DNA of 64,000 nt from Elusimicrobiota bacterium. GTDB taxonomy: Bacteria > Elusimicrobiota > Elusimicrobia > UBA1565 > JACRDR01. Within the stretch, counting starts at the first letter, position 1; every line of letters begins with the position of its first letter. Shown here in pieces: positions 17,481 to 27,318 of this stretch. A model generated the notes under the pieces. It did no database searches. It was not told the origin of the DNA and saw nothing but the letters and a program-made list of their open reading frames with translations. The translations under genes were made by a program, and so were the position numbers. The stretch spans positions 64,001 to 128,000 of the forward strand of contig JBGFSC010000047.1 in NCBI GenBank assembly GCA_041694815.1, in the 5' to 3' direction.

Positions 17481-18700
17481 CGAAGGGAGATTTTAGCAAT
17501 TCTCACCGCGGCGCGCTCCGCGGCGAGGGCGGCGAAAAGGATGATCCAGGTCATGACGGGAATGCGGTAGCGCAACATGGTAAATATCAAAGAAAAAGTG
17601 AAGGCGACCGAAGCCACGAAGAGAAGCGGGACGATGCTCTCTTTTTTGCGGCGCAAGCCCAAAACCGCACCCAGCAGCCCCAATGGGATGATCCAGCCGT
17701 CCGACAGCATGCCTACCAGGCGCACCTGCCCGTATGAATGGCCGGAGCCGTACGACCGCGGCCTGGGCCAAAGCCGCCAGAAGTCCACGAAAAACCGCCA
17801 CGCCCAGATGCGCAGGTAGCCGAGCGGGTGCTCGCCCACCCAGTTGAGCCCCGCCTTCCAGAAGTACTTCTCCCGTTCGATGGGATCGAGTCCCCCGCTG
17901 TTCTGGAACACGGAATCGTTTTTGATGATCTCTTGGTGCTCGGCAAGCCCTCCCAATTCCTGAGGGACAACGAGGTATTCGTAAAAGTTTCCGCCCGCAC
18001 CGCAGGTGTTGCCAAAAACGAAGCGTTGGAAATGGATGTAATTGCGAATGGGCCAGAGCGCGTACAGCGGAATCAACGCCGACAAGAACAGCCCAGCCCT
18101 CCGCCATTGCCATCCGCACTTGAAGTCCCACGCCAAGAGCAGGAGCGGCGCGAGGATCAAGCCGAAGGGCAAGAGCGTCGTATCCGTCAGCGCGCCCAAG
18201 GCATTGATGATCCCGGAGAGCCAAACCCAACGGGGCCGCTCGAGCGATTCCAATAAACTCCAAACTCCCGCCACACCGAAGAACACAAGCAGGGATTGGC
18301 GCATCGCCTGGGCGTTGTAAAAAATGAAGGGAGGGTACAGTGCCGCTATCGCCATCGCCAGGGTAGCGGCGCGCTCGCCGAACAGCCGGCGGCCGCAGAG
18401 GAACAAAAGCCCGATGCCCAAGGCCTGCGCCAGCGTGTTGACGACGAGCACCGCCGCGTAATTCTTTCCAAGCAGTTTGAAGCCCAAGCCCAGGTATACC
18501 GGATATCCGGGTTCGCGCCAGGCCGTCACCTTGCCGTCGGACCCCTTTAAGGTCCAGGAATCGGCGAAGGCGGAGGCGATGGTCGCGTAATCGTCCGGGT
18601 GGGCCAAAGGGGCGCCATGCGGCTGCGGCGGGCGCGCCCATCCGTAAAAGAGGCGTGCGGCGACGGCCAGGCCGAGCAGGGCCCAATGCAGCCGGCTCAC
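17477..18700 (-). CDS. GT-C fold (ArnT/PMT-like) membrane glycosyltransferase
   Basis: HPDDY loop, TAWREPGYP, W.IRNY and C-terminal RYRIP. GTG overlaps the DegT stop. Confidence 0.8.
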   Translation of the reverse strand: MSRLHWALLGLAVAARLFYGWARPPQPHGAPLAHPDDYATIASAFADSWTLKGSDGKVTAWREPGYPVYLGLGFKLLGKNYAAVLVVNTLAQALGIGLLFLCGRRLFGERAATLAMAIAALYPPFIFYNAQAMRQSLLVFFGVAGVWSLLESLERPRWVWLSGIINALGALTDTTLLPFGLILAPLLLLAWDFKCGWQWRRAGLFLSALIPLYALWPIRNYIHFQRFVFGNTCGAGGNFYEYLVVPQELGGLAEHQEIIKNDSVFQNSGGLDPIEREKYFWKAGLNWVGEHPLGYLRIWAWRFFVDFWRLWPRPRSYGSGHSYGQVRLVGMLSDGWIIPLGLLGAVLGLRRKKESIVPLLFVASVAFTFSLIFTMLRYRIPVMTWIILFAALAAERAAVRIAKISLR

Positions 18701-19800
18701 GCCTTGAATTTCCTCAAAGAGGATAGGATTTTCTCTACGTCGGCGTCGGAGAGGCCCGGGTGCAGGGGAATGCTCAGGGCTTCTTCGTTCAAACGCTCGC
18801 AGACCGGCAATTTTGCTTTGGAGCCGTAAATGGGATTTAAGTGCAGCGGATGATAGCGCAGCGTGGTATAGATGCCCTCTTGATAGAGGAATTTGGCCAG
18901 CATGTCCCGACGACCGCCCGGCACCCGGATGCAATAGGTGAAATAGGAATGCCTGTCTCCGGCCGGGACATCCTTAGGGAGCTTGAGCCAGGAAAGCCCC
19001 GCGAGCTCTTTTTGATACAGCTCCCATATCCAGCGACGCCGGGATTGCATCGCGTCGAGCTTGCGCAATTGGGCCAGGCCTATGGACGCGGCGATGTCGT
19101 TGGGCAGCATCTTGGGGAAGAAATCGGTAACGCTGTATTCCCACCAGCGGTCTTTGTTGGCGGAGGCTTCGAATCCCGATTTGCCGATCCCGCAATAGCG
19201 CAACTGCCTCGCCCGAACGAGCCGGGCCGGGTCCTTGGCCGTCAGCCCGCCTCCCTCTCCCATAGCCAGGTTCTTGATCGCGTCGAAGCTGTAAATGCCG
19301 ATGTCGCCCAAGGAGCCGCAAGCCTTGCCCGCCCTGCGGGAGTCCACGGCGTGCGCGGAGTCCTCGATGATGGGCAACCCCAAATCCGCGATGGGCTCGA
19401 ACTCGACCGGAAGCCCGCCGTAATGGACCACCATCACCGCCCTGGTCTTGGGGGTCCGCGCCTTCTCGATGCATTCGCGTGTCACATTCTGGGTTTCGTA
19501 ATCGACGTCGCAGAACACGGGCGCGCAGCCGCAGAGCACCACCGCGTGCGCGCAGGAGATCCAGGTGAAGGAAGGAACGATCACCTCGGAGCCCTGAGGC
19601 AGGTCCAGGAGCTTCACGGCCAGGTGCAGGCTGTTGGAGCCGGAATCCAGCAGCACGAAGCCCGGCAGGCCCAGCCGGGCCGCGAACTGCCTCTCGAAAG
19701 AGGCTGTCTTGGGACCAATGCCCATCCACTGCGCCTCGAGGCTGCTGCGCACCTCCTCGAGCTCCTCCTTTCCGACCAAGGATCCGAATACGTTGATCAC
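18697..19800 (-). CDS. DegT/DnrJ/EryC1/StrS NDP-sugar aminotransferase
   Basis: VPSFTW, VHYGG, EDSAHA, SFDAIKNL..GEGG (PLP lysine), LSIPLHP. Confidence 0.9.
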   Translation of the reverse strand: MINVFGSLVGKEELEEVRSSLEAQWMGIGPKTASFERQFAARLGLPGFVLLDSGSNSLHLAVKLLDLPQGSEVIVPSFTWISCAHAVVLCGCAPVFCDVDYETQNVTRECIEKARTPKTRAVMVVHYGGLPVEFEPIADLGLPIIEDSAHAVDSRRAGKACGSLGDIGIYSFDAIKNLAMGEGGGLTAKDPARLVRARQLRYCGIGKSGFEASANKDRWWEYSVTDFFPKMLPNDIAASIGLAQLRKLDAMQSRRRWIWELYQKELAGLSWLKLPKDVPAGDRHSYFTYCIRVPGGRRDMLAKFLYQEGIYTTLRYHPLHLNPIYGSKAKLPVCERLNEEALSIPLHPGLSDADVEKILSSLRKFKA

Positions 19801-20309
19801 GCCCCCCCCTTCGCATAGGCGCACGGGGAGAATACGTACCAGTCAAGACGCATCTGGTAGTAGTCCCCCTTGTCCTCGGCGATGCTGAAACCGCATTTCT
19901 GATACCAGCCGACGGCGGGATTGCCACAAAGCACCTTGCAGCCGATCTCCCGGGTATGCTCGGCGGCGATGAAGCTGCACATCAGGGTCATGGCGCGGCG
20001 CAGCACGCCGCGCCCAGTCGCCTGGGGCGTGCCAATGATATTGTAGCAGTCGGCCGCACCGCCCAAGAGCCTAAAGCCCATGCATCCCGCCTTGAGGTTT
20101 TCCCACTCGACGACGAACATGTGATCGTCCGGGCGCGCCAGAAAGCCCTCGTACCAGCGCCGCTGCATCTCGGGCGTAATCTCGTCCTTGAAGAAAAAGG
20201 CCCGGCGGTTGGCGTTCTTCCAGACTCGAAGATCTTCCAAGTCGGACTCGTCGATGGAGCGCAGCGATACGTCCAAGGAGGGTCCCTCGAGGACCAGGCG
20301 GGCTTTCAC
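19797..20309 (-). CDS. GNAT N-acetyltransferase (PseH-like)
   Basis: LRSIDESDLE.LR.WKN..., GRGV, N.AV.WYQKCGF. Translationally coupled to the aminotransferase. Confidence 0.75.
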   Translation of the reverse strand: MKARLVLEGPSLDVSLRSIDESDLEDLRVWKNANRRAFFFKDEITPEMQRRWYEGFLARPDDHMFVVEWENLKAGCMGFRLLGGAADCYNIIGTPQATGRGVLRRAMTLMCSFIAAEHTREIGCKVLCGNPAVGWYQKCGFSIAEDKGDYYQMRLDWYVFSPCAYAKGGA

Positions 20310-22009
20310 GAGCCCGGGCCTCCGCGCTCGTAAATCGTGAACGCCATATTCGCGAAGACGGAATTGTCCCTTGCCTTGGCCCAGCCCGGCTCCCAAGGCC
20401 TGAACTCGGCCGCCTTACGGTAGCCCGCCTTCGAGGGGTCCCCCAAGGCCTCGCGTCCACTTTCGCCAAGAACAAGGAAACGAGGAGACTGTCCGGGCTT
20501 GAGGGACTCCAGCCGGTCCGTGATCACCCAATGGTAGCGGTCGAAACGCAGCGGCGGCGTATGCGCCGGCTCGGGGTAGCGGGAAAGCCCGACCCTGCTG
20601 CCGGCGGGCACATGCGCCTCGATCCAAGCGGCCGCCCGAGCCCGAGTCGATGACGGCCCGGAGTCCAGCCGCATATTTTCCAGGGCGGCGACGCCGCGCA
20701 GGCCGGTATCGGCTAAGAGCAGCGCCGCGGCCAGCGCGCGCCAGCGCGGCTTAAGGCGCCAGAGCAGATCGACGCCTAAGAGCACGGCCACGGCGACGAG
20801 GGGATAGTAGAGCCGCAAGAACCCGGGAGCGGTGAAAAAACCGAACCGCACGAAGATCGGTACGGCGCAGCCCAGCACCGTCGCCGCAAGCAGGCGGCGG
20901 CCGCCCACGCCGGAGGCGAGCGAGCCAAGCACCCCGGCGGCGGCCACTATCGCCAAAAACGGACCCATGCCGATCCAGAACGCCGGCAGGAATGCCAAGA
21001 GATGCTCGGGTCTGCCGCGCATGTCGACTCCTCGGGTCTCCCAGATGAAATCCTCGAAGGCGAAAACCAGGTACGGGTTAAATAGCAAGGCGACGGCCGC
21101 GGCGGCCAAGCATCCCGCGGCAGCCGGCCGCCATTCGCCGGGCTCGGCCTCGCCCGACGCCTTGCGGCCGGCCAATAGGAGCAACGGAAGTGCGAGCAAA
21201 AACACCAGCGAAAAGTTCGCGCCGACAGCCATCCCAGCGCAGGCTCCGCAGAGCCAATAGCCGCGGCGCCGCCGGAAGGATACGAGGAACCAGCAGGCCG
21301 ACAGCGTCCAGAACGCGGCGAATGGATGCGGCTTGACCACATGCGAATTGTCGACGATGTTCGGGCACAGCGCGAAGAGCAGCGCGGCCAGGACTCCCGC
21401 GGCCGGCGAGGCCAGGCGCCGGCCCATGGAGTAGATCACCCAGAGACAACCGATCTGAAACAGGAGAACGAAGAGGCGTCCGCAGAGGTAGAGCAGGCCC
21501 ATTTCCTCGGGCCGAAGCAGATAATATTCCACCTCCGGCACCAGTCGGCAGGCGCCGAGCCAGGAGACTGCCTTCAAGAAAGCGCCCAGCGGGTAGATGA
21601 AGGCGCCGCCGTACTGCACGTACAGCGGCTTGAATTCCAGTTTCCAAGGGCGCATATGCGCCAGGATAATGAACGATTTCTTCTCGTCCGGGTGCTCCGA
21701 CTGCAGGAGCATCGCCCGGCAGGAGTTGAGCAGGTTTCCGGGAGGGAAGCGCCATCCCGCGCGGAATTCTTCGACGCCGCGGCTGTAGGTGATCGGCTCC
21801 TCGGCGCGTAATTCGCGGTGGGCCTGCGCGATGCCTTCATAGAGCCGCCTCCAGCTCTCCGAAAATTCGCGCATCGCCTCCGGAGAGCGGCGGAGATGCT
21901 CGGGTAGGACATGCCAGCGCGCGGGTCCCGGCAGACCCCAACGCAGGCCCCAGAGCCCGATGCAAAGGCCCGACAGCAGGACGCAGGAAGCGGCTAGTTT
22001 ATCGCGCAT
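20306..22009 (-). CDS. GT-C fold membrane glycosyltransferase
   Basis: WGLP...HPDE loop, P.Y.QYG, GRL...S, SH.VKP, multiple TM segments and a soluble C-terminal domain. Confidence 0.8.
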   Translation of the reverse strand: MRDKLAASCVLLSGLCIGLWGLRWGLPGPARWHVLPEHLRRSPEAMREFSESWRRLYEGIAQAHRELRAEEPITYSRGVEEFRAGWRFPPGNLLNSCRAMLLQSEHPDEKKSFIILAHMRPWKLEFKPLYVQYGGAFIYPLGAFLKAVSWLGACRLVPEVEYYLLRPEEMGLLYLCGRLFVLLFQIGCLWVIYSMGRRLASPAAGVLAALLFALCPNIVDNSHVVKPHPFAAFWTLSACWFLVSFRRRRGYWLCGACAGMAVGANFSLVFLLALPLLLLAGRKASGEAEPGEWRPAAAGCLAAAAVALLFNPYLVFAFEDFIWETRGVDMRGRPEHLLAFLPAFWIGMGPFLAIVAAAGVLGSLASGVGGRRLLAATVLGCAVPIFVRFGFFTAPGFLRLYYPLVAVAVLLGVDLLWRLKPRWRALAAALLLADTGLRGVAALENMRLDSGPSSTRARAAAWIEAHVPAGSRVGLSRYPEPAHTPPLRFDRYHWVITDRLESLKPGQSPRFLVLGESGREALGDPSKAGYRKAAEFRPWEPGWAKARDNSVFANMAFTIYERGGPGS

Positions 22010-23393
22010 CCGCCAGCTTCCGAGCGAGCCTCTCGGCTGCCTCGTAGCCCATCTTCATGGCGACATGGGTGTTGACGTACTGGAAGCGCCCCTGCCGGCC
22101 CGCCGTTTCCAGGTTCGCGATCCGGCCAAAAGCCTCCAACAACCTCCCTAAAGCCTCTTCATAACCCAACGTGTATATCGGGTGGGCGTGACGCGCCCGG
22201 AAAACGTTCATCGCCACGACTTCATCGCGCGCGACGATTCCCTCGCGGAGCAGGTCGCCCAGCACGGCCTCCTTGACGAAGGCCTCGTCAGTCCATAGCC
22301 GCTCGCCCGGGTCGCAGGTCACCTCGGCGACGAGCAGCGTGCTGCCCGCCGGCTCTATCTTGAAGCGGAACTGGGCTAGGTCTGTGATGCGGTTGAAGGA
22401 ATGCTCCCGGAAATACATGAAGGAGGCGGGCAGGACCCTCGGACGCCGGACCTTGATCCCAACGAAGACGATGGCGCGAAAGCGCAGGGCGCCGGCGGCG
22501 CGCTCGGCCTCCACGCCGAGACCCGGCTCGAACATGCGCGCGGCCTCGTTGATGGGCAATGTGTTGACTATGGCCGAGCAGGGGATCCTTTTTTCGATAC
22601 CCTCCACGCGCGCGGAGACCGAAATGGCGCGCCCGCCTTCCCGCGCGATCTCGAACACCTCGGCGCGGTAGAGGATCTCGCCGCCCCGCAACGCGAGCCG
22701 CTCGGCCATGCGGCGGGTGATCAGCGAGAAGCCCTGACGGGTCGTATAGAGCTCGCCTTCGACCTTCTCGACGTATCCTTCGGTGCGCAGCTCCCTTTTG
22801 CCGAAAAAGGAGCTGCGCAGCACCTCCTTGAGCTTGTCCAAAAAATCCAGCAGGCTCAGACGGGGGATGCGCTCGCGCGCGAAGGCCGGCGAGAATCCGG
22901 ACGGAGGGATGCCCCAAACCCGCTCAATATAATCCTTGAAAAAAATCTTGTAGAGGACATCGCCGTAGTAGCGCACGAGCACCGTCTCGGAGTTTTCCAC
23001 CGGGGGCTTGTAAAAGAAACCGTGGAGGAAACAGTACGCGAAGCTTGCCGCCGCCCGACACACGGTCGTGAAGGGCAGCTTGAAGAGCACGTCCGCCACC
23101 GAGAGCGGGAACTTAAAGTAATTGCCGAGGAAGCGGATCTGGATCGTGCGCTTGTAGGGAAGCAATTCGGAACCCATGAGCTCCTTGACATCGGCCAGTA
23201 TCTGCGGGTCGGTGGTATGGAACACATGCGGGCCGTATTCGTAGACGTCGCCGCCCAACGTCACGCCCCCGGCCAGGCCGCCAGGATGATCCTCCTTTTC
23301 CAGCACCAGCACGGAGTGGCCGAGCTTCTGTAGTCGAAAGGCCGCGGACAGCCCGGCGCAGCCGGCGCCCAAGACGACGATTGGCTCCTTCAC
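21999..23393 (-). CDS. FAD-dependent oxidoreductase, UDP-galactopyranose-mutase / protoporphyrinogen-oxidase-like
   Basis: GAGCAGL, EKE..PGGL, YGPHVFHT, GRQGRFQY.N motifs. Confidence 0.75.
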   Translation of the reverse strand: MKEPIVVLGAGCAGLSAAFRLQKLGHSVLVLEKEDHPGGLAGGVTLGGDVYEYGPHVFHTTDPQILADVKELMGSELLPYKRTIQIRFLGNYFKFPLSVADVLFKLPFTTVCRAAASFAYCFLHGFFYKPPVENSETVLVRYYGDVLYKIFFKDYIERVWGIPPSGFSPAFARERIPRLSLLDFLDKLKEVLRSSFFGKRELRTEGYVEKVEGELYTTRQGFSLITRRMAERLALRGGEILYRAEVFEIAREGGRAISVSARVEGIEKRIPCSAIVNTLPINEAARMFEPGLGVEAERAAGALRFRAIVFVGIKVRRPRVLPASFMYFREHSFNRITDLAQFRFKIEPAGSTLLVAEVTCDPGERLWTDEAFVKEAVLGDLLREGIVARDEVVAMNVFRARHAHPIYTLGYEEALGRLLEAFGRIANLETAGRQGRFQYVNTHVAMKMGYEAAERLARKLADAR

Positions 23394-24580
23394 CGGCCCC
23401 GTTCTCTTAAGAGGCGCAGGATGCGCTCCATTAGCCCGAAGGCGACGAGCTCGACGCCCACTAGGGCGAGCAGGCTCCCGACCAGAGGGAACACCCATTG
23501 GTCGATGGGAATCTGGCCCGTGGCCCAATAGGAGGCGAGTATCCCCCGATTGAGCCACAGCGAGGCGGCAAGGAACAAAAAGCCCCACCAGAGGAAATGG
23601 CGGGCGATGGCCGCCTCCGCCCATCGCTGCCAGGAGGTGACCCGATCGTCGCGGTTGAGCATCGAAACCATGGACTGGGCCACGGCACCCAGCGAGGCGA
23701 GGAAGGCGGCCGTCGAAAACAGCAGCACGACGAAGATGATGCGGAACAGCATCCATTCCTCGATGCGGCGGTGACGCAAGTAATGGAACAGTGGGGCCTC
23801 GGGAGCCCCCCAGCGGCTGGCCAGGGCCCAGAGCCCCGCCCCGGCCGCGAGCATCGCCCCTACTCCGAAGAAGAATAGGGGACGGAAAGTGATCGCCGTA
23901 TCGAGGATCACCTCCAGGAAGCGGAGCCCGTCGCGCGCGACGCTCAGCTTGGAGCGCCCGACACGCTCCTCATAGGGCATCGGGATCTCGCCGGTTTTAA
24001 GCCCTGGCTCCAGGGCCGCGCGCACGCTCATGGCCGGGGTGAAATTAAGCCCATCGGGCAGAGGCTCCAGCTTGGCCAAGGCCGAGCGCTTGAGCACCCG
24101 CATGCCGCTGGCGACGTCGGCCAGATGCGATCCGGAGATCAGATTGACCAACGCCCGGAAGCACCAGTTGCCCAACCTCCGAACGGCCGGCATCTTGCTG
24201 GCGCCGTGCATGCGCGAGCCGACGGCGATGTCGAGCCCCCGTTCGTTGGCCAGCTTCAGCAGTTCGGCGAAAAATTGTGGGTCGCAGGTGCCGTCGGCGT
24301 CCAAAAACCCCAGCCACTCGCCCTCGGCCTGCCCAAAGCCGGTCTTAATGGCGGCTCCGTAGCCCAGGTTGCGGGGGTGAGTGATCACCCGCACTTCGGG
24401 AAACCGCCGGGCGAGCTCCCCCGTCGAGTCCCTGGAACCGTCGTCGACCACGATGAGCTCCACCCGCTCGATCCCGAGCCCTCCTGATTCGATGCGGCGC
24501 GCCGCCTCAAGCCCGCGGCGGAGTATGGCTTCGATCGCACGCTCCTCGTTGTAGGCCGGGATGACGATGGAAAAGTTCAT
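23390..24580 (-). CDS. GT2 polyprenol-phosphate glycosyltransferase with C-terminal TM segments
   Basis: IVIPAYNEE, VDDGSRD, N.GYGAA, DADG, GSR, Y.ER.GRSKL, then about four TM helices. Confidence 0.85.
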   Translation of the reverse strand: MNFSIVIPAYNEERAIEAILRRGLEAARRIESGGLGIERVELIVVDDGSRDSTGELARRFPEVRVITHPRNLGYGAAIKTGFGQAEGEWLGFLDADGTCDPQFFAELLKLANERGLDIAVGSRMHGASKMPAVRRLGNWCFRALVNLISGSHLADVASGMRVLKRSALAKLEPLPDGLNFTPAMSVRAALEPGLKTGEIPMPYEERVGRSKLSVARDGLRFLEVILDTAITFRPLFFFGVGAMLAAGAGLWALASRWGAPEAPLFHYLRHRRIEEWMLFRIIFVVLLFSTAAFLASLGAVAQSMVSMLNRDDRVTSWQRWAEAAIARHFLWWGFLFLAASLWLNRGILASYWATGQIPIDQWVFPLVGSLLALVGVELVAFGLMERILRLLRERGR

Positions 24581-24591
24581 GTCAAAAAAAA

Positions 24592-24608
24592 GCTATATTG
24601 AGTATAGC
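24592..24608. promoter_or_regulatory. Palindromic divergent promoter/operator
   Basis: GCTATA-TTGAG-TATAGC flanked by A-tracts in a 36-nt gap between divergent operons. Contains TATATT (+) and TATACT (-). Confidence 0.5.
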
Positions 24609-24616
24609 GAAAAAAG

Positions 24617-25030
24617 ATGGCGGATTCTTTCGACGACCCTTCCACCTGGCCTAAGGAGCCCTTGGTCGCGCTGGAGCCGGCGCTCGCCGACGCGCGGGGA
24701 AGCATACAGCCTATCCTAGAGCGGTTCATGCAGAGCGCCTTGCTTATCCATTCTAAAAAGGGGGCCCTGCGCGCGAACCACTATCATAAGACGGACTGGC
24801 ATTACTGCTACGTGCTTTCCGGAGCCATCCATTATTATCATCGCCCTCGAGGGAGCGCCCGGGCGCCGGAGCTGCTGCTCGTCAAGGCCGGCCAGATGGT
24901 ATTCACGCCGCCCATGATTGAACACGCGATGAAGTTCCACGAGGAAACATCCTTCTTGACGCTTTCCAGGAACCCGCGGGACCAGCGGGCCTACGAGGAG
25001 GACGTCGTCCGGGTCGCGCTCATCGAGTAA
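24617..25030 (+). CDS. Cupin (RmlC/FdtA-like sugar isomerase or epimerase)
   Basis: DARG, RANHYH, Y..SG, P...HAM cupin motifs. Confidence 0.7.
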   Translation: MADSFDDPSTWPKEPLVALEPALADARGSIQPILERFMQSALLIHSKKGALRANHYHKTDWHYCYVLSGAIHYYHRPRGSARAPELLLVKAGQMVFTPPMIEHAMKFHEETSFLTLSRNPRDQRAYEEDVVRVALIE

Positions 25031-26263
25031 ATGACCCGACGCTCCGACTGCCGGCTCTGCGGCTCCAAGCGCCTCGAGCTGCTCTTCTCCTTGACCCCCA
25101 CCCCCCCGGCCAACGCCTTCGTCTCCGAATCCTCGTTGGCGGAGAGACAGGAAACCTTCCCGTTGGACGTATTCTTTTGCGGGGAGTGTACCCACCTGCA
25201 ACTCCTGGACGTGATCGACCCCGCCCTTCTCTTCAAGGACTACGTTTACGTGTCCGGAACCTCCCCGGTTTTCGTGGAGCATTTCAAGAAATACGCCGAG
25301 TCCATGACCCGGGATTTCTCCTTGCGAGCCGGCGAACTCGCGGTCGATGTCGGCTCCAATGACGGCACCTTGCTGCGTTTTTTCAAGGAGGCGGGGCTGA
25401 AAGTCCTTGGGATCGACCCTGCCCTCGAGATCGCGCGCCGCGCCTCGGAATCGGGAATCGAGACGCTTCCAGCCTTCTTCGATCGAGGGCTGGCCCTGCG
25501 CATACGACAGGAGCGCGGTCCGGCGAGTATCGTCACGGCCAACAACGTATTCGCGCATGCCGACGACTTGTCCGGCTTCCTCGACGCGGTGTTCCAACTG
25601 CTGTCCCCCGACGGAGTCTTCGTATTCGAAGTCTCCTACCTGGCCGACGTGTACGAACAGACGCTCTTCGACACCATCTACCACGAGCATCTCGCCTACC
25701 ATGCCGTCAGGCCGCTCGTCCGGTTTTTTCGCGAGCGCGGTATGGAACTCATCCGCGCCGCGCGGGTGCCCAGCCACGGCGGCTCCCTGCGCGCCATCGC
25801 CGCGTGCCGTGGCGGCCCCTGGAAAGCGGACGGCTCGGTGGAGAAGCTGCTGGAGCTCGAATCGAGCCTGGGACTGGAGCGCGCGGAAACCTACCGGGAG
25901 TTCGCGCGCAAGATCGACGCCGTCAAGGCCGAGCTACAGGAGCTGCTGCGGGAATTCAAAGGGCGGGGCAAACGCATCGCCGGCTTCGGCGCTCCCGCCA
26001 AGATGACCACCTTGACTTACCATTTCGCGCTCGGCCCCGAGTTCCTCGATTTCGTCGTCGACGACAGCCCGCTCAAGCAGGGGCTCTACACCCCGGGCCA
26101 TCATATCCCGGTGCTTCCCGCCTCCGCCATTTACGAGCGCCGGCCCGATTGCCTGCTGATCCTGGCCTGGAACTTCGCGGAGCCGATCATGCGCAAGCAC
26201 TCCGCCTACCGCGAGTCGGGCGGACGCTTCATCGTCCCCCTGCCCCAGCCGAGGGTCCATTGA
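25031..26263 (+). CDS. NDP-hexose C-methyltransferase (zinc-binding, SAM-dependent)
   Basis: CRLC...CGEC zinc site, DVGSNDG, ANNVFAH, FDTIYHEH, HGGS, GAPAK, LAWNF. Confidence 0.88.
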   Translation: MTRRSDCRLCGSKRLELLFSLTPTPPANAFVSESSLAERQETFPLDVFFCGECTHLQLLDVIDPALLFKDYVYVSGTSPVFVEHFKKYAESMTRDFSLRAGELAVDVGSNDGTLLRFFKEAGLKVLGIDPALEIARRASESGIETLPAFFDRGLALRIRQERGPASIVTANNVFAHADDLSGFLDAVFQLLSPDGVFVFEVSYLADVYEQTLFDTIYHEHLAYHAVRPLVRFFRERGMELIRAARVPSHGGSLRAIAACRGGPWKADGSVEKLLELESSLGLERAETYREFARKIDAVKAELQELLREFKGRGKRIAGFGAPAKMTTLTYHFALGPEFLDFVVDDSPLKQGLYTPGHHIPVLPASAIYERRPDCLLILAWNFAEPIMRKHSAYRESGGRFIVPLPQPRVH

Positions 26264-27318
26264 AGGCTCCGCTGCTCTCGGACCTGGCGGAAATCGACCA
26301 GGAGCTCAAGGGGCTCTCGAGCGCCTTCTCCGGGAAGCTCGTGTTCCTTTTCGGCGGCTGCGGATTCCTTGGCCATACCATGACGAATTTCTTCCGCTAC
26401 TTGAACGAGCGCCGCCTCCGTAAGCCCTGCCGCCTGCTCGTTATGGACAGCCTGATCACGGGGAGCGCCGGAGTCCCCGTCCCCAAGTTCCCCCACTGCC
26501 GGTTCATCCGCCAGAACATCACAGAGCCGATCCGCATCCGCGAGAAGCCCGACTACATCATCCACATGGCGGGTATCGCCAGCCCCTATTATTACCGCGC
26601 CTTCCCCCTGGAAACGCTCGACGTCGCCGTCTTGGGCACGCGCAATCTACTGGAGATCGCGCGCAGGCACCGCTCTCGCCTCGTCTTTTTTAGCTCGAGC
26701 GAGATTTACGGCGATCCGGACCCCTCCCATGTGCCCACCGCCGAAAGCTATCGCGGCAACGTCGCCAGCCTGGGGCCCCGGGCCTGCTACGACGAGTCGA
26801 AGCGGCTGGGGGAGACGCTCTGCTGGATCTACCACGAGAAATTCGGCGCCCCGGCCGTGATCGTGCGCCCATTCAACGTGTACGGCCCCGGGATGAAGGA
26901 AAACGACTACCGGGTCCTTCCAAACTTCGCCAGCCGCATCCAGGCCGGGCTGCCCTTGAGCGTCTACGGCTCTGGCCGCCAGACGCGCACATTCTGCTAC
27001 GCCACGGACGCGATCGCCGGCTTTCTCCGCGCTTTACTGGGAGGCAACCCCGGTGAGGCCTACAACATTGGCAATCCCGTCCCCGAGATCTCCATGTCGG
27101 ATCTCGTCAAGCTCTGCGGCAAGGTGCTGGGCCGCCCGGTCCCGCACCGCCGCATCGAGTACCCGGACAGCTATCCCGCCGACGAGCCCCAGCGGCGCTG
27201 CCCGGATATCACCAAGGCCCGGCTGCAATTGGGCTATCGCCCCCGCGTCCATCTGGAGGAGGGCCTGCGCCGGTTTTTCGCCTGGACGTCCCAAAACTAC
27301 GCCGGCGCCCAGCAATAA
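26260..27318 (+). CDS. NAD-dependent epimerase/dehydratase, UDP-glucuronate decarboxylase-like
   Basis: GGCGFLG, IASP..Y, SSSEIYGDP, GPRACYDESKR, R.FNVYGP, QTRTFCY, P.RRCPDI. TTG start overlaps the upstream TGA. Confidence 0.85.
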   Translation: MKAPLLSDLAEIDQELKGLSSAFSGKLVFLFGGCGFLGHTMTNFFRYLNERRLRKPCRLLVMDSLITGSAGVPVPKFPHCRFIRQNITEPIRIREKPDYIIHMAGIASPYYYRAFPLETLDVAVLGTRNLLEIARRHRSRLVFFSSSEIYGDPDPSHVPTAESYRGNVASLGPRACYDESKRLGETLCWIYHEKFGAPAVIVRPFNVYGPGMKENDYRVLPNFASRIQAGLPLSVYGSGRQTRTFCYATDAIAGFLRALLGGNPGEAYNIGNPVPEISMSDLVKLCGKVLGRPVPHRRIEYPDSYPADEPQRRCPDITKARLQLGYRPRVHLEEGLRRFFAWTSQNYAGAQQ